Part shown: positions 1-10,459 of the stretch, one piece after another | How the letters are laid out: each line of letters begins with the position of its first letter | How positions within the stretch are numbered: the first letter of the stretch is position 1 | Assembly: GCA_036918135.1 (NCBI GenBank) | Contig: JBALDB010000045.1 | Location: 1-46,927, forward strand | Length of the DNA: 46,927 nucleotides | Source: Nostoc sp. | GTDB lineage: Bacteria; Cyanobacteriota; Cyanobacteriia; Cyanobacteriales; Nostocaceae | Direction of reading: 5' to 3' | Position numbers and translations under genes: made by a program | Notes under the pieces: generated by a model | What the model was told of the DNA's origin: nothing | The model's database searches: none | The model's input: the letters and a program-made list of their open reading frames with translations, nothing else

Positions 1-279
1 TTCCATCCCTTATGACTTTGGTTTTGAATCAAAAACTAGCTCCCAAATTCCCTATCATTTCTTTTGTGACAGTTTCAGGTGCGGAATGTAGGATAGAACA
101 CTTAGAGACCGCAATGTTTGCAATTTCTTAGTCAACCTAATGGCTTCTTTGGTTGAATATAGTTATTTGCCCCAAAAACTATCACTTAATTTTTCTTTAC
201 AAAGACCTGCCTGTTCTACCTGCTGCTGTTTTTTGAGTTCATCGAACTCATGTTAATTTATAGGTAATAAATAAAGCAA

Positions 280-963
280 TCATACTCTACCAGCTAAGTT
301 CATCAACTGTTTGAAGTTTATAAGATAAATAATATTGTTGGCGCTGTCAATATTAATCCACCCTTTTTCATCCAGCTTTTCCATAATTTTCGTGGTTTCT
401 TCAACGCCAATTTCTGTTACCTCTGCTAAATCTTTAAAGGGAATGTTAAAAATTTCTCTTCCCTGGTTTGATTCTTGACCATAGCTTTCACCTAAAGTCA
501 CTAAGGTATGAGCGAGTTTTACTGCTGGTGGTGAAGACCGCATTTGCAAGCGCAGGTTAATTTGCCGTAATCGTCGCACCATCAGTTGCAACATTCGATG
601 ATGTAATTGGGGGTCTTTAAACAATATTTGAATAAAACGCTCTCTGGAGATGCTAAGTAATTTTACTGGTGAAAGAGCAATGACATCAGTTGAACGTGGA
701 GATTCATCCAAAATTGCCATTTCTCCAAAAAAATCCCCACGACCAAAAATTGCCAAAGCCACTGAATCTTCCGCAACGGTACGTCGGACTTTCACCCAAC
801 CAGAAACTACCAGATAAACGGCATTACCCCAAGCATCTTCCATGACAACAGCTCGCCCAGCCGGGTATTCATGTTCAATTGCAACGTTGAGCAGCCATTC
901 CAAAGTCTGGGGGTTGGCTGTACTCATCAAGGGGAAAAGTTCACTAAAAACCTCTGTTTGCAT
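280..963 (-). CDS. Crp/Fnr-family transcriptional regulator (cNMP-binding domain + C-terminal HTH)
   Basis: cNMP-binding motifs GDFFGEMAIL and RSTDVIA; C-terminal HTH-like segment KDLAEVTEIGVEETTKIMEKL. ATG at 963 is a more likely start than the TTG at 996. Confidence 0.9.
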   Translation of the reverse strand: MQTEVFSELFPLMSTANPQTLEWLLNVAIEHEYPAGRAVVMEDAWGNAVYLVVSGWVKVRRTVAEDSVALAIFGRGDFFGEMAILDESPRSTDVIALSPVKLLSISRERFIQILFKDPQLHHRMLQLMVRRLRQINLRLQMRSSPPAVKLAHTLVTLGESYGQESNQGREIFNIPFKDLAEVTEIGVEETTKIMEKLDEKGWINIDSANNIIYLINFKQLMNLAGRV

Positions 964-1162
964 GAAATATTTGCAAGAATAAGGATTTAAGAGCAAAAAA
1001 TTAAATTGCTACTATAAGTTAATTTCGACCGTAATCTTACGTAGAATACAGACGTAAGATTTATGTTTATTTGTTCTAACCTTTTTAAATCGATGGCTAA
1101 AAGTTCGATTACAACATAACAATTATGTATTGCGATCGAAATCAGCGGTTTCACTGATAGAC

Positions 1163-2377
1163 TTATGATTTACTGTTTGTTGGTGGATTGCTATCCAATA
1201 CTAGTGTTTTGAGCTGTTGGTCTAAATTTTTTACTAGTTGATTTAAAGTAACTAAAGCCTCTAATTGCTCAGAGTCAAGGCTGGGATTTAGAAAAAGCCG
1301 TTCTTGTAGTTCGTGCAACTTGAAGCTTAATTGTTGAGAAATTCCTAAAGCATCGCGGCTCAAACGCGTTAACTGTTGTTGTTGATAGAACTTTAATGCT
1401 GCTCCTCGCAAGACTTGGAGTGTAGCTTCTTCACCATAGATTCCTGGCATAACTCGCAAGCGTAATAATAAACGGTTTTTTTGATATAAGCATTCTTTCT
1501 CTACCTGTTTTGGTTCTCCAACCTTGGTAATAGGTAGGGAAGCAAACCGCTTTAACTCATTAAGTACTCCTTGAAAAACAGAAAGCGGCAGTTTGTCTAA
1601 TACAGACTGCAAGACTCCGTTATCACTCCAGAGTATCCTGCCTTCGTAAGGTTGTCTTTCTAAATATAGCCGACCAATTCCTCCTGCTAAAATTCGCCCT
1701 AGTAATTCTTCTAGTAATTTCTTAGGTGGTAGTGTTACCAATACTTCAATAGGACTAAATAGTTCAGGAACTTCCACTGGTAGAATAGATAAATTTTCTA
1801 CTAGCGCGGCTTCGGAAGTATCCCCTTGACCTCTATTTCCGGAGGTCAAGAAGGTGGTAGTTTGAGAGGGATTATCTGGATTTGGGGCTGGCAAATCTAC
1901 CTGCTGCCAAGAATGCTCATTAGTCTGTGTCTCAGGTGCTATCAATGGGGGTAGGTGCTGTGATTCAGAGTAAGTATCTGTAGAGAAAGCTACGGTAACT
2001 GTTATTTCCCGATCCGCTTGTTGAGCATCTAGTTGGGAGCTATTTTTGTGGTTGAGATAGGCTGAGAGTATTCTGCGATGAACCTCAGCGGCGATCGCCT
2101 CAGTAATCAGCGTGCAATTGATATAAGATACAATACGACCAACATAATTTAGTGCCTCAGTGTCTTGTGGATGAACCATACCAAGTAAGAGCTTTTTGTC
2201 TTTTAACCAAAAAGGCAAAATCTCGTGGTAAAGACAAGCTTCAAAAGACAAAAAACTATCCATTAACTGGAATATTTGCTCGCGTTCGCCTTCTTGCTCC
2301 CACTTACTTAGTGTAGCATTTAGCACTTGTTGTCTGTTGACTGTGGTATTGGTGAGTTCGCCCTCTGAAGACAACAT
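1163..2377 (-). CDS. PilB/GspE-like protein (N-terminal domains only, no recognisable Walker A)
   Basis: GspE/PilB N-terminal-like region (CLYHEILPF...LLLGMVHP); LRLRVMPGIYGEEATLQVL resembles the PilB RVSTLP.YGEK.V.R motif; no GxxGxGKT. Confidence 0.7.
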   Translation of the reverse strand: MLSSEGELTNTTVNRQQVLNATLSKWEQEGEREQIFQLMDSFLSFEACLYHEILPFWLKDKKLLLGMVHPQDTEALNYVGRIVSYINCTLITEAIAAEVHRRILSAYLNHKNSSQLDAQQADREITVTVAFSTDTYSESQHLPPLIAPETQTNEHSWQQVDLPAPNPDNPSQTTTFLTSGNRGQGDTSEAALVENLSILPVEVPELFSPIEVLVTLPPKKLLEELLGRILAGGIGRLYLERQPYEGRILWSDNGVLQSVLDKLPLSVFQGVLNELKRFASLPITKVGEPKQVEKECLYQKNRLLLRLRVMPGIYGEEATLQVLRGAALKFYQQQQLTRLSRDALGISQQLSFKLHELQERLFLNPSLDSEQLEALVTLNQLVKNLDQQLKTLVLDSNPPTNSKS

Positions 2378-2472
2378 AGATTTAATTATTCGGTGATTGC
2401 TTATATAATATTTTGCCCCTAATTTAGTAGGTAGTTAATAAAGATACTTTGTTTGATTGTTAAAAATTTAAT

Positions 2473-2689
2473 TATAGCAGGAGGCAGAAGGCAGTTCTTG
2501 CTGGAGGCAGGAGGTAAAACATTACTATTCCTAACATCCACGCTTGTCATTATGTCCTAACCTTTAATTCGCTTGCTATATCTATTACATAAGTAGACGT
2601 AAGTATAGTAGGAGGCAGGAGGTAAAACTATTACTGTTGCTAGCATTTACGCTTGTCATTATGTCCTAACCTATGTGACTACGGCTGTA
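2473..2689. repeat. Two tandem copies of a ~85-110 bp TATAG...GCTRTA-bounded dispersed repeat (MITE-like)
   Basis: 2473-2580 and 2604-2689 share GGAGGCAGGAGGTAAAAC...ACGCTTGTCATTATGTCCTAACCT; a third copy lies at 41857-41941 on the opposite strand. Confidence 0.75.
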
Positions 2690-2809
2690 AAAGATAAATT
2701 TTTGATTAAGGTACTAGGGGAAAATACTGGGTATTGGGGCATAAGCACACAGGGGAAAGACTTACTTTAACTTCCCCTGACCCCTCTGCTTGGCATCTCC
2801 CACTAAAGC

Positions 2810-4006
2810 TTACTCCTGGGTTCTTAAAGCTTGGGCTACAAGATAGACTTTTGTCCATTCACCTAATACTTGATAAGTTTTGAGTTTTAATTGTTGGGCT
2901 ATCTGTTCTATTGATTTACCTGCTCTCCGTAAATCTAGGATCTGCTGCATCACAGGAGTGAGTTTTTCCTCAAGTTGCTGCCATTGATTTGGTGTTAGCC
3001 CTAAGTTATGTTCTTGCAAGGAAATTGAGAGCCAATTATCTACCAGTTCTGGTTCACCTTTAAGGGCAAAGACGCGCACAGCGTGGTAACTAATTTTTTC
3101 TCGCAGTCGATATACTTCCCGAGTCGGCTTATTCATTCTCTTGGCAATCTCTTCTTGGGATTTACCTTGGAGATACAATCGCAGCCACTCCACTGCTTCG
3201 GTTCCCAGATTTTCTTGTAAATAATTTTCAAATTCTTTTTGTACGGACTGACGTAACGCCTGTTGTTCTTCTAGTTGTTGTGCTTGTTGATATTCTGCGA
3301 TTGCTTGACTATCGACTAAGTTAACTCGATTGTCACTGTCATCTGTGAGAACTTCTTCTGACACTAGTCTAACCAAATCGCGGTTTGGTACTTGGGTTAA
3401 GCCTCCACGCTGAGTACGACGCAAGTAATTTACAAAACGGTAAGCCAATAGGGGTTGATTGCGTACTGGCCGCAAACAATATTCTTCTACACTGGCAAAC
3501 AGTAGAGCATCTGCCAATCGTCGATCGCTTGTATATTTGGCAATATCAGCCATTTGTTGTTGCATGTATGTATCATTTTGCAATAATTCTTGTATTACTT
3601 CTTGTAACACATCTATGACAGTACGTTGGCGATCGCGGCTAAGGGCAACCCAAGTTTGAATTTTATTCCGTAATGTTGCTAAACTCCCCAGTCGCGTTAT
3701 CAAGTTACGATAGGCACGCTCTCGCCCTAACCCTAAATAGCGTTGACGTAAAATCCTCCAACGATATTCCATTGCTTGCTTGGCAACCTCAAATTCTTTT
3801 GGGTTAAACAGATCGAACCGTTTTGAATCAGATCCAAGCAGCCAGAGAATAATACTTTGCCTAGCAGCTTCAGTTTGTTCTGAACATTCTACAGTCAAGC
3901 GCTTTTGCCAATCTAGAGCCAGTTTTTCCACATCCGTTGTCATAGCGAGATTGCGCTCCTCGAAACTCAATTTTGAAGTTTGCATCACAACCCCCATTCG
4001 TCCCAC
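2810..4006 (-). CDS. HetZ-related protein (HetZ paralogue family, sigma-like HTH motifs)
   Basis: About 400 aa with two HTH-like segments (YLQGKSQEEIAKRM, RRAGKSIEQIAQQL) and LHNLGLTPxQW-type motif; similar to but not identical with HetZ as I recall it. Start uncertain. Confidence 0.7.
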   Translation of the reverse strand: MGRMGVVMQTSKLSFEERNLAMTTDVEKLALDWQKRLTVECSEQTEAARQSIILWLLGSDSKRFDLFNPKEFEVAKQAMEYRWRILRQRYLGLGRERAYRNLITRLGSLATLRNKIQTWVALSRDRQRTVIDVLQEVIQELLQNDTYMQQQMADIAKYTSDRRLADALLFASVEEYCLRPVRNQPLLAYRFVNYLRRTQRGGLTQVPNRDLVRLVSEEVLTDDSDNRVNLVDSQAIAEYQQAQQLEEQQALRQSVQKEFENYLQENLGTEAVEWLRLYLQGKSQEEIAKRMNKPTREVYRLREKISYHAVRVFALKGEPELVDNWLSISLQEHNLGLTPNQWQQLEEKLTPVMQQILDLRRAGKSIEQIAQQLKLKTYQVLGEWTKVYLVAQALRTQE

Positions 4007-4764
4007 TTAACCTAATTGTTTAACTGGCATCTGCCCCGGATTTCATGAGTTTCATGAAAACATCTCAGTGATTCCACTTTTATTACGTCTTAATTCACTA
4101 ACTTTATGCAGAAATTTCTATATTGATGTTTTTATGGGAAACTCAAACTGCTCTAAACCAATGTATATGAGGCATTACCGTCAATTCTATTAATTTAAAC
4201 TTTTGTTAAGTTATGTTTCTAAACTGAGAACACAAATCTACTAGACTAGTTGGGGAAATCTGACCTTTATGAACCTAACCGAGGAACGAATATAATTTAA
4301 CTCAAGATCGGACGTTATTTCACCCGTATAAGTTTCAACTTTCTGCAATGCTTGATGTACTACAATACTTAGTAACAATTATAATTATTAAAGTATTGAA
4401 TTAAGTGTATATATGGAAACTATTAGTTAATAATAAGAGAGTTAAAATTTTAATGCTGCAAATATATAGAAAAATTCATCGGTCAATTTAAAAATAGCAA
4501 ATTTTAGATAGATACTGTTAGCATAACTGCGAATCGGTCTAAGTATGCCAAATGGCGATCGCTATTCTAAATAGTACGGCTAGATATAAGAATTGTTCGT
4601 TTTGATTTTTCAGCAAGGTCAAACACGCTTGACTTCCAAAGAAGCATCAGCCGTTGGTTTAGGGCAATAGCGTAGCGTTAGCGAGTCTAGTAAACATTTG
4701 ACTCCGCCAACGCCAAAAGGGAAAAGAACGGGGCGTAATTTTGAATTCAGAAAAAGGGTTGACT

Positions 4765-5115
4765 TTATCGCCCGTTCGGCGATCTCACAATCGGGTTTTC
4801 TACAGATTCTCGATATTGTTGCACTTGTTCTGTGTAAGCAATTGGCAGAATAGTTTCAACGTTTTCATGGGGACGAGGAATAATCACCCAAGATTCGAGA
4901 GTACCACCATAAACATTTTCTGCGGCTTCAACACCAGCAGCCATAGCTGTCTTGACCTCAGAAACATCACCACGAATATTAACTGTAAAACGAGCGCTAC
5001 CGACTCGAATGTAACCAACGAGAGTGACTCGACCAGCTTTTACCATAGCGTCTGCTGCGGCTAGCACAGCAGGAAAACCTTTAGTTTCCAGCGAACCAAC
5101 TGCTTGGAGTGACAT
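4765..5115 (-). CDS. ccmK4: Carboxysome shell hexamer CcmK4
   Basis: BMC-H domain ([22 protein letters not shown]...RVGSARF...IIPRPHENV); second gene of the K3/K4 pair. Confidence 0.92.
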   Translation of the reverse strand: MSLQAVGSLETKGFPAVLAAADAMVKAGRVTLVGYIRVGSARFTVNIRGDVSEVKTAMAAGVEAAENVYGGTLESWVIIPRPHENVETILPIAYTEQVQQYRESVENPIVRSPNGR

Positions 5116-5202
5116 TAGTAATCTCCTGTATGAATAAACGATAATATGGTGCTACAAATTAATTGTACGAAGCTTCGCTACAGATTTTTATCGTAAAACT
5201 GC

Positions 5203-5514
5203 TTAGAAGATACGGAAAGGTTCTGATTCTTCAGTGAAATGGATTGGTAATATGGTTTCCACATTTTTCGGAGGATTGGGAACTATATAGTGGGTAATTA
5301 CTGTTTCAGCTTTTACTTGCTCTCCAGCATTAATACCTTCTCGAACAGCTCTTTTTACTTCAGCAACTTGTCCCCGAATGGCAACTACAAAGCGACCACT
5401 CTCGGCTAGACCATAATACACCAGCGTGACCGCAGCAGATTTCACCATTGCATCTGCTGCGGCTAAGACACTAGGAAAACCTAAAGTTTCGATTACGCCA
5501 ACCGCCATTGGCAT
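5203..5514 (-). CDS. ccmK3: Carboxysome shell hexamer CcmK3
   Basis: BMC-H domain ([25 protein letters not shown]) with a divergent pore loop AESGRF; directly upstream of ccmK4. Confidence 0.9.
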   Translation of the reverse strand: MPMAVGVIETLGFPSVLAAADAMVKSAAVTLVYYGLAESGRFVVAIRGQVAEVKRAVREGINAGEQVKAETVITHYIVPNPPKNVETILPIHFTEESEPFRIF

Positions 5515-5761
5515 GGCATTAGCTCCTGAGTCAAGAATAAGTGATATTTATTGTACGAGGCTTTAGTCCCAATTTTGACATTTTGGAAAACTTTCTTTAA
5601 TGGAGTGGGGAGTGAGGAGTTAGGAGCTAGAATGTTTTGCTAGCAGCTAGATTATGTTTTATATATCACAAGTAATACTTGAGAATATTAGTTGTGTAAT
5701 TTGTGGTTTAACAAAAAATCAGTGATGTGTGGAAGTGAGCTAGTACGATAAACTGAAGTTT

Positions 5762-6652
5762 ATGTTTCCGAATTTTCTTCCTACAGCAGTTGGGCAACTG
5801 ACAGAACCAGCCTCGATCGCCTTAGCTCGGAGTATTCAAACAACTGCGATCGCTACTCCTTTAACTAATCAATCAATTACCACAACTTTTGCTCAGCAAG
5901 GAAGTGGTGGGACTCCTATTTTATTAATTCACGGCTTCGACAGTTCTGTATTAGAATTTCGTCGGCTTTTACCACTGCTTGCTGGAAATAATCAAACGTG
6001 GGCGGTGGATTTGTTGGGTTTTGGGTTTACAGATAGACTCTCAGGAATTGCCTATAGTCCAACTGCAATTAAAACTCATCTTTATTATTTTTGGAAAAGC
6101 CTGATTAACCAACCTGTAATTTTGGTGGGGGCTTCAATGGGTGGTGCGACGGCGATTGATTTGGCGCTGACTTACCCAGAAGTTGTCAAAAAGCTGGTGC
6201 TAATTGATAGTGCGGGGTTAGCAGGTGGTTCACCGTTAAGTAAATTAATGTTTCCTCCATTGGATTATTTAGCAACTCAGTTTTTGAGCAATATGAAGGT
6301 GCGCGATCGCGTTTCCCGCATTGGATATAAAAATCAAAGTCTTGCCTCTTTGGATGCTCTATATTGTGGCGCATTACACCTACAAATGCCGAGTTGGCAT
6401 CAAGCTTTGATTGCTTTCACCAAAAGTGGTGGTTACACTGCTTTTAGGTTTAAAACTCTATCGCAAATAGTGCAACAGACACTCATTTTGTGGGGTGATT
6501 CCGATAAAATTTTGGGTACTAAAGATGCAAGAAGATTTAAAAGAGCAATTCCCCAAAGTACCCTCGTTTGGATTGAAGATTGTGGACACCTGCCTCACTT
6601 AGAACAACCACAAATCACTGCCCAGCATATTTTAAAGTTTTGTTCTGAGTGA
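5762..6652 (+). CDS. Alpha/beta fold hydrolase
   Basis: LIHGFDS, nucleophile elbow GASMGG, WGDSD, GHLPHLE. Confidence 0.92.
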   Translation: MFPNFLPTAVGQLTEPASIALARSIQTTAIATPLTNQSITTTFAQQGSGGTPILLIHGFDSSVLEFRRLLPLLAGNNQTWAVDLLGFGFTDRLSGIAYSPTAIKTHLYYFWKSLINQPVILVGASMGGATAIDLALTYPEVVKKLVLIDSAGLAGGSPLSKLMFPPLDYLATQFLSNMKVRDRVSRIGYKNQSLASLDALYCGALHLQMPSWHQALIAFTKSGGYTAFRFKTLSQIVQQTLILWGDSDKILGTKDARRFKRAIPQSTLVWIEDCGHLPHLEQPQITAQHILKFCSE

Positions 6653-7038
6653 TATTAAATCATCTTAATATGGCGCTACGTTAGGCGCTTTGCAGATATT
6701 TCTCATCACAAATCATATTTAAATATGTGCCTAATACAGGCTACAAGAATTTCAAAAACATTTCTCTAGCGTTTCTCTGATGTAAAAGGCTTTTCATCTA
6801 TTAATGACGGTTTGTGCAAAAGCCGTTATTTTCCGGCAATAGTGTCACTTTCACAGAATTTTAGGGAACTATATAGCTGAATAAGGTTCAGCCAACCATT
6901 ATTTATGGAAATTTATGGCTCGAACCTTAAACCAAGCTTATTGCTATATAGCTAAAGCAAGTTTGTCTTTGAGGCAGACACTAGATTGTTTGGGTATATT
7001 TGAAAAGTTTATAGAAAGTCAGTTGATAGATAATAGTT

Positions 7039-7294
7039 ATGAGAATAGAAAGAAATAATAGTTTGGATACTTTAAAAGTATTAAGCATTGCTTTTATTTT
7101 TATCTGGCATTTACAACCATTTCAATTTCTCCTCAATGGTTTTACTGATATTACTAAATTAATGATTGCCAACAGGATTTTTTGGAACTCCTTTGAGTAC
7201 AATCTTTATAATTGAAGGATTTTTCGTTGTATTTTTTACTGTTGTAAGTGTTTATTTGTTGAGGTTAACTTGTTTCAAACAGTTTGTTACCTAA
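7039..7294 (+). pseudogene. Internally deleted acyltransferase-3 (OafA-like) remnant
   Basis: MRIERNNSLDTLKVLSIAFIFIWH matches the AT3 N-terminal R...LD.LK......H pattern; an out-of-frame hydrophobic tail ...VVSVYLLRLTCFKQFVT* ends at 7294. Confidence 0.55.
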
Positions 7295-7538
7295 TAAGTA
7301 GACATTAATAATATCAGGCTTAAATGAACGCTTATGATTAAATGTTAGATAATCTGAGCGAATTTTTCATTTATTTGAACCATTAATGCTCTGTAGGGAC
7401 GCACATCTGTGCAACCCTACTCAATCTCTCTACAAATGCTCAAAGCCTTTAGTTGAAATTGTTACAATTTAGGTATTTTATGTTGTTTTGTTAGCTTACT
7501 TCAAAAGCTTTTTGAATTTCTAATTTCTCCTTGTGGTG

Positions 7539-8141
7539 CTAGTCATACAGCCAAGTCTTGTCTGCAAAATCATCATTTATTGTTGTTTGTTGTTCTGCTA
7601 ACTTTTCAGATGAACGATGTGATTTTTTATAAGTAAGTGGATTGTAACTCTCCTTAACTGGTCTTATAGCACTAGTTGGTTTAGCTACAATTTGAGAAGT
7701 AGTTTTTGCTGGTTGTTTTAAGGCATTGATTTCTTCTATAAGTTGAGAATTTGCTTCTGCAAGTTGTAGTGCTGTTTTTTTGGTCTCATTAAGTTCTTTG
7801 GTTAGCTGTTCTGCTAGAGTTTTTTGTTCGGATGCTAATGTTTTTTGTCGAGATAAGTTTAATTTCAAATCAGCAATTTCCTGTTCTAGAGCAGCTTCTT
7901 TTTTGTGACTTTTTTCTAAATTACTTGTCAACTCTTTGATAGTTACTTCTAAATCAGCTTTAGTGGGATTTGTGCGCCTAGTAGTTGGTTCGGGCGTTTG
8001 TGGCGAGGATTCTTCATCAGTTGAAGCTTGTTCTTGGGCAATTTCTTGTACGGGAATTTCAATCGCAGAGTCATCTTCTGGGGATGTAATTTTTTGCGCC
8101 TCTTGTTGTAGTAAATCCGATAGACTTTGTTTCTTAGCCAT
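7539..8141 (-). CDS. mcdB: Carboxysome positioning protein McdB (type 2)
   Basis: ATG overlaps the parA-like stop (TAATG at 8143-8139); basic N-terminus, disordered linker, central coiled coil, Trp within the last four residues (...KTWLYD); near ccmK3/K4. Confidence 0.78.
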   Translation of the reverse strand: MAKKQSLSDLLQQEAQKITSPEDDSAIEIPVQEIAQEQASTDEESSPQTPEPTTRRTNPTKADLEVTIKELTSNLEKSHKKEAALEQEIADLKLNLSRQKTLASEQKTLAEQLTKELNETKKTALQLAEANSQLIEEINALKQPAKTTSQIVAKPTSAIRPVKESYNPLTYKKSHRSSEKLAEQQTTINDDFADKTWLYD

Positions 8142-8773
8142 TATTTTCTCCAATCACGCTGTAGTTCGTCAGCTGCGCGGCGATAGTCTAACTCCGCCTC
8201 CCGTGCGTTTCCTCCTCGCCATTGAGTAATTGCTACACCTTCAAGCGCAGCTCGCTCGTGAGCTTTATAGGTACGGATGAGGGTATCAAAAGCAGGAATA
8301 CCTAGCTGAGTCAGAGTTTTTTTTGCTTCTAGCGCTTCCCCGATGCTGCGCGTATCGACTTTGGTGAGCAATACCCGATGGGGGGTTCCCAAGGGGATGA
8401 CGGCTTCCTTGACTGTTTCCACGAGGACAGCTAAATCCATTGCAGACGGGGGTGTAGGCAAAACTAGGTAATCTGCGATCGCAACTACTGCCACTAATGC
8501 TTCAGAGCGCAGTGCGGGAGGCGTATCCACCACTACTAAATCGTAACCTTTTATCTTTGTTAAATCACCTAAAAGTGTTGGATCGGTTTCTTGAGATAAA
8601 TCAAATCCCATTCCCTGCTGACTCCGCCCAAACCACCAACTGGCAGAACCTTGAATATCTGCATCAATCAGCAACACCTTTTTTTTCTTGGCAAAATTTG
8701 CAGCCAGATTGATTGCGGTAGTCGTTTTACCGACTCCTCCTTTACCGTTGAGAATAGCGATGATTTTTGGCAC
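8141..8773 (-). CDS. mcdA: ParA/MinD-family ATPase, McdA (type 2)
   Basis: Deviant Walker A KGGVGKTT with the signature lysine, DADIQGS, VVDTPP; coupled to an McdB-like gene. Confidence 0.82.
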   Translation of the reverse strand: MPKIIAILNGKGGVGKTTTAINLAANFAKKKKVLLIDADIQGSASWWFGRSQQGMGFDLSQETDPTLLGDLTKIKGYDLVVVDTPPALRSEALVAVVAIADYLVLPTPPSAMDLAVLVETVKEAVIPLGTPHRVLLTKVDTRSIGEALEAKKTLTQLGIPAFDTLIRTYKAHERAALEGVAITQWRGGNAREAELDYRRAADELQRDWRK

Positions 8774-9039
8774 TGCTTTAGGTAGAAAAAGGAATTAGGG
8801 AGTGGGAGAGATGAGTAAAGATGAGGGAGATGAAGGAGAAAAACGCCTCGTTGGCGCAGCCTCTCGTAGAGAATAAACCTAACAGCACTCAGCACTCCTC
8901 AGTCAACAGTCAACAGTTAACAGTCAACACCCAGTAATGCCCTATGCCCCAATGATGAATATACCGCTTTGTGTCCCCCCTCAATCACATAAAAACTCGT
9001 AACAATAAAATATAGAAGCTATTAATTCCACAAATTTCA

Positions 9040-10422
9040 ATGACAACAACTTACAACCTACCTGATGGCCCTCTATTACCGCGCTGGCTGCGGATGGTCA
9101 AGTTTATTAGTCAGCCGATAAAATATGTGGATGATTTTGCCAAAATCTATGGTGACACTTTCACAATCAAGAGTAGTCGCTCAGACAATGCTATTGTCTA
9201 CTTTAGTAAACCGGAAGCACTTGAGCAGATTTTTACAGCTGATTCGAGTTATTTCGAGGTTGGTAGAGGAAACACTGGGCTAGGATTTTTACTTGGCGAT
9301 CGCTCTTTCATGTTAACCGATGGCGTTCGCCACCAAAGGCAACGACAATTATTAGCTCCTCCTTTTCATGGGGAAAGAATGCGGGCTTACGGCGAGGATA
9401 TCCGTAAAGTAACACGACAGGTGAGTCATGATTGGCAAATTGGCAAGCCTTTTAAGATCCGTGAGTCAATGCAAGAAATCACTTTGCGTGTTATTCTGCA
9501 GGTTGTGTTTGGTTTAGAAGAAGGAGAGCGGTTTGAGGAATTAAGGCGATCGCTTAGCGATTTACTAGACTTCATGACTTCGCCTTTGATGTCCAGCGCC
9601 TTCTTTTTCCGGTTCATGCAAAAAGATTTCGGTACTTGGAGTCCGTGGGGTTGGATTCTCCGACAACGACAAAAAATCGACCGACTGATTTATGGTTTGA
9701 TTCGGGAACGTCGGGCTGAATCTGATAAAAATCGCCAAGATATCCTGAGTTTGATGATGGCTGCTCGTTATGACGATGGTCAAGGAATGTCAGATGAAGA
9801 ATTACACGACGAGTTAATGACACTGCTAGTTGCGGGACATGAAACTACTGCTTCGGCATTGACATGGGCATTTTACTGGATTGATTCTTTACCTGAAGTG
9901 CGTGAAAAATTGCTACGGGAACTCGAGACTTTCTGTGTTAACTCAGATTTAAGTATCATTGCTAAATTGCCCTACTTGACAGCAGTTTGCCAAGAAACAT
10001 TGCGAATCTACCCAATTACGATGAATGCTTTCTTGCGGATTGTGAAAACTCCAATTGAAATTATGGGCTACAAATTGCCACAGGGCACGGTAATTCTTCC
10101 CAGTATTTATTTAGCGCATCATCGCCAAGAAGTTTACCCACAACCTAACCAGTTCAAACCAGAACGATTTTTAGGAAGACAATATTCACCATATGAATAT
10201 TTACCATTTGGTGGCGGGAATCGTCGCTGTATTGGCATGGCATTTGCTCAGTATGAAATGAAAATTGTCTTGGCAACTGTTTTGTCAGAATTTCAACTAT
10301 CCCTAACGAACAAACGTCCCGTGCGTCCTGTGCGCCGTGGGTTAACTATCGCCGCACCGGCTGGAATGCGGATGATTGTAACGCCTCAAGTTAAGCGTGC
10401 GAATACCCCAGCGTTGGTTTAA
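9040..10422 (+). CDS. Cytochrome P450 (CYP110-like)
   Basis: AGHETT I-helix, ETLR (ExxR), PERF, heme motif FGGGNRRCIG. Confidence 0.95.
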   Translation: MTTTYNLPDGPLLPRWLRMVKFISQPIKYVDDFAKIYGDTFTIKSSRSDNAIVYFSKPEALEQIFTADSSYFEVGRGNTGLGFLLGDRSFMLTDGVRHQRQRQLLAPPFHGERMRAYGEDIRKVTRQVSHDWQIGKPFKIRESMQEITLRVILQVVFGLEEGERFEELRRSLSDLLDFMTSPLMSSAFFFRFMQKDFGTWSPWGWILRQRQKIDRLIYGLIRERRAESDKNRQDILSLMMAARYDDGQGMSDEELHDELMTLLVAGHETTASALTWAFYWIDSLPEVREKLLRELETFCVNSDLSIIAKLPYLTAVCQETLRIYPITMNAFLRIVKTPIEIMGYKLPQGTVILPSIYLAHHRQEVYPQPNQFKPERFLGRQYSPYEYLPFGGGNRRCIGMAFAQYEMKIVLATVLSEFQLSLTNKRPVRPVRRGLTIAAPAGMRMIVTPQVKRANTPALV

Positions 10423-10459
10423 TTGATATCTTGCACCATTGTTAACAATCGCCTCAGAA

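Noticed and set aside
280..963. ntcA
   Set aside because: Lacks the NtcA HTH signature (GSTRVTVTRLL).
2810..4006. hetZ itself
   Set aside because: Sequence differs from HetZ as I recall it, and no patU genes follow.
8141..8773. Plasmid or chromosome partition parA
   Set aside because: No parB or rep gene; the partner gene has McdB hallmarks and carboxysome genes are adjacent.
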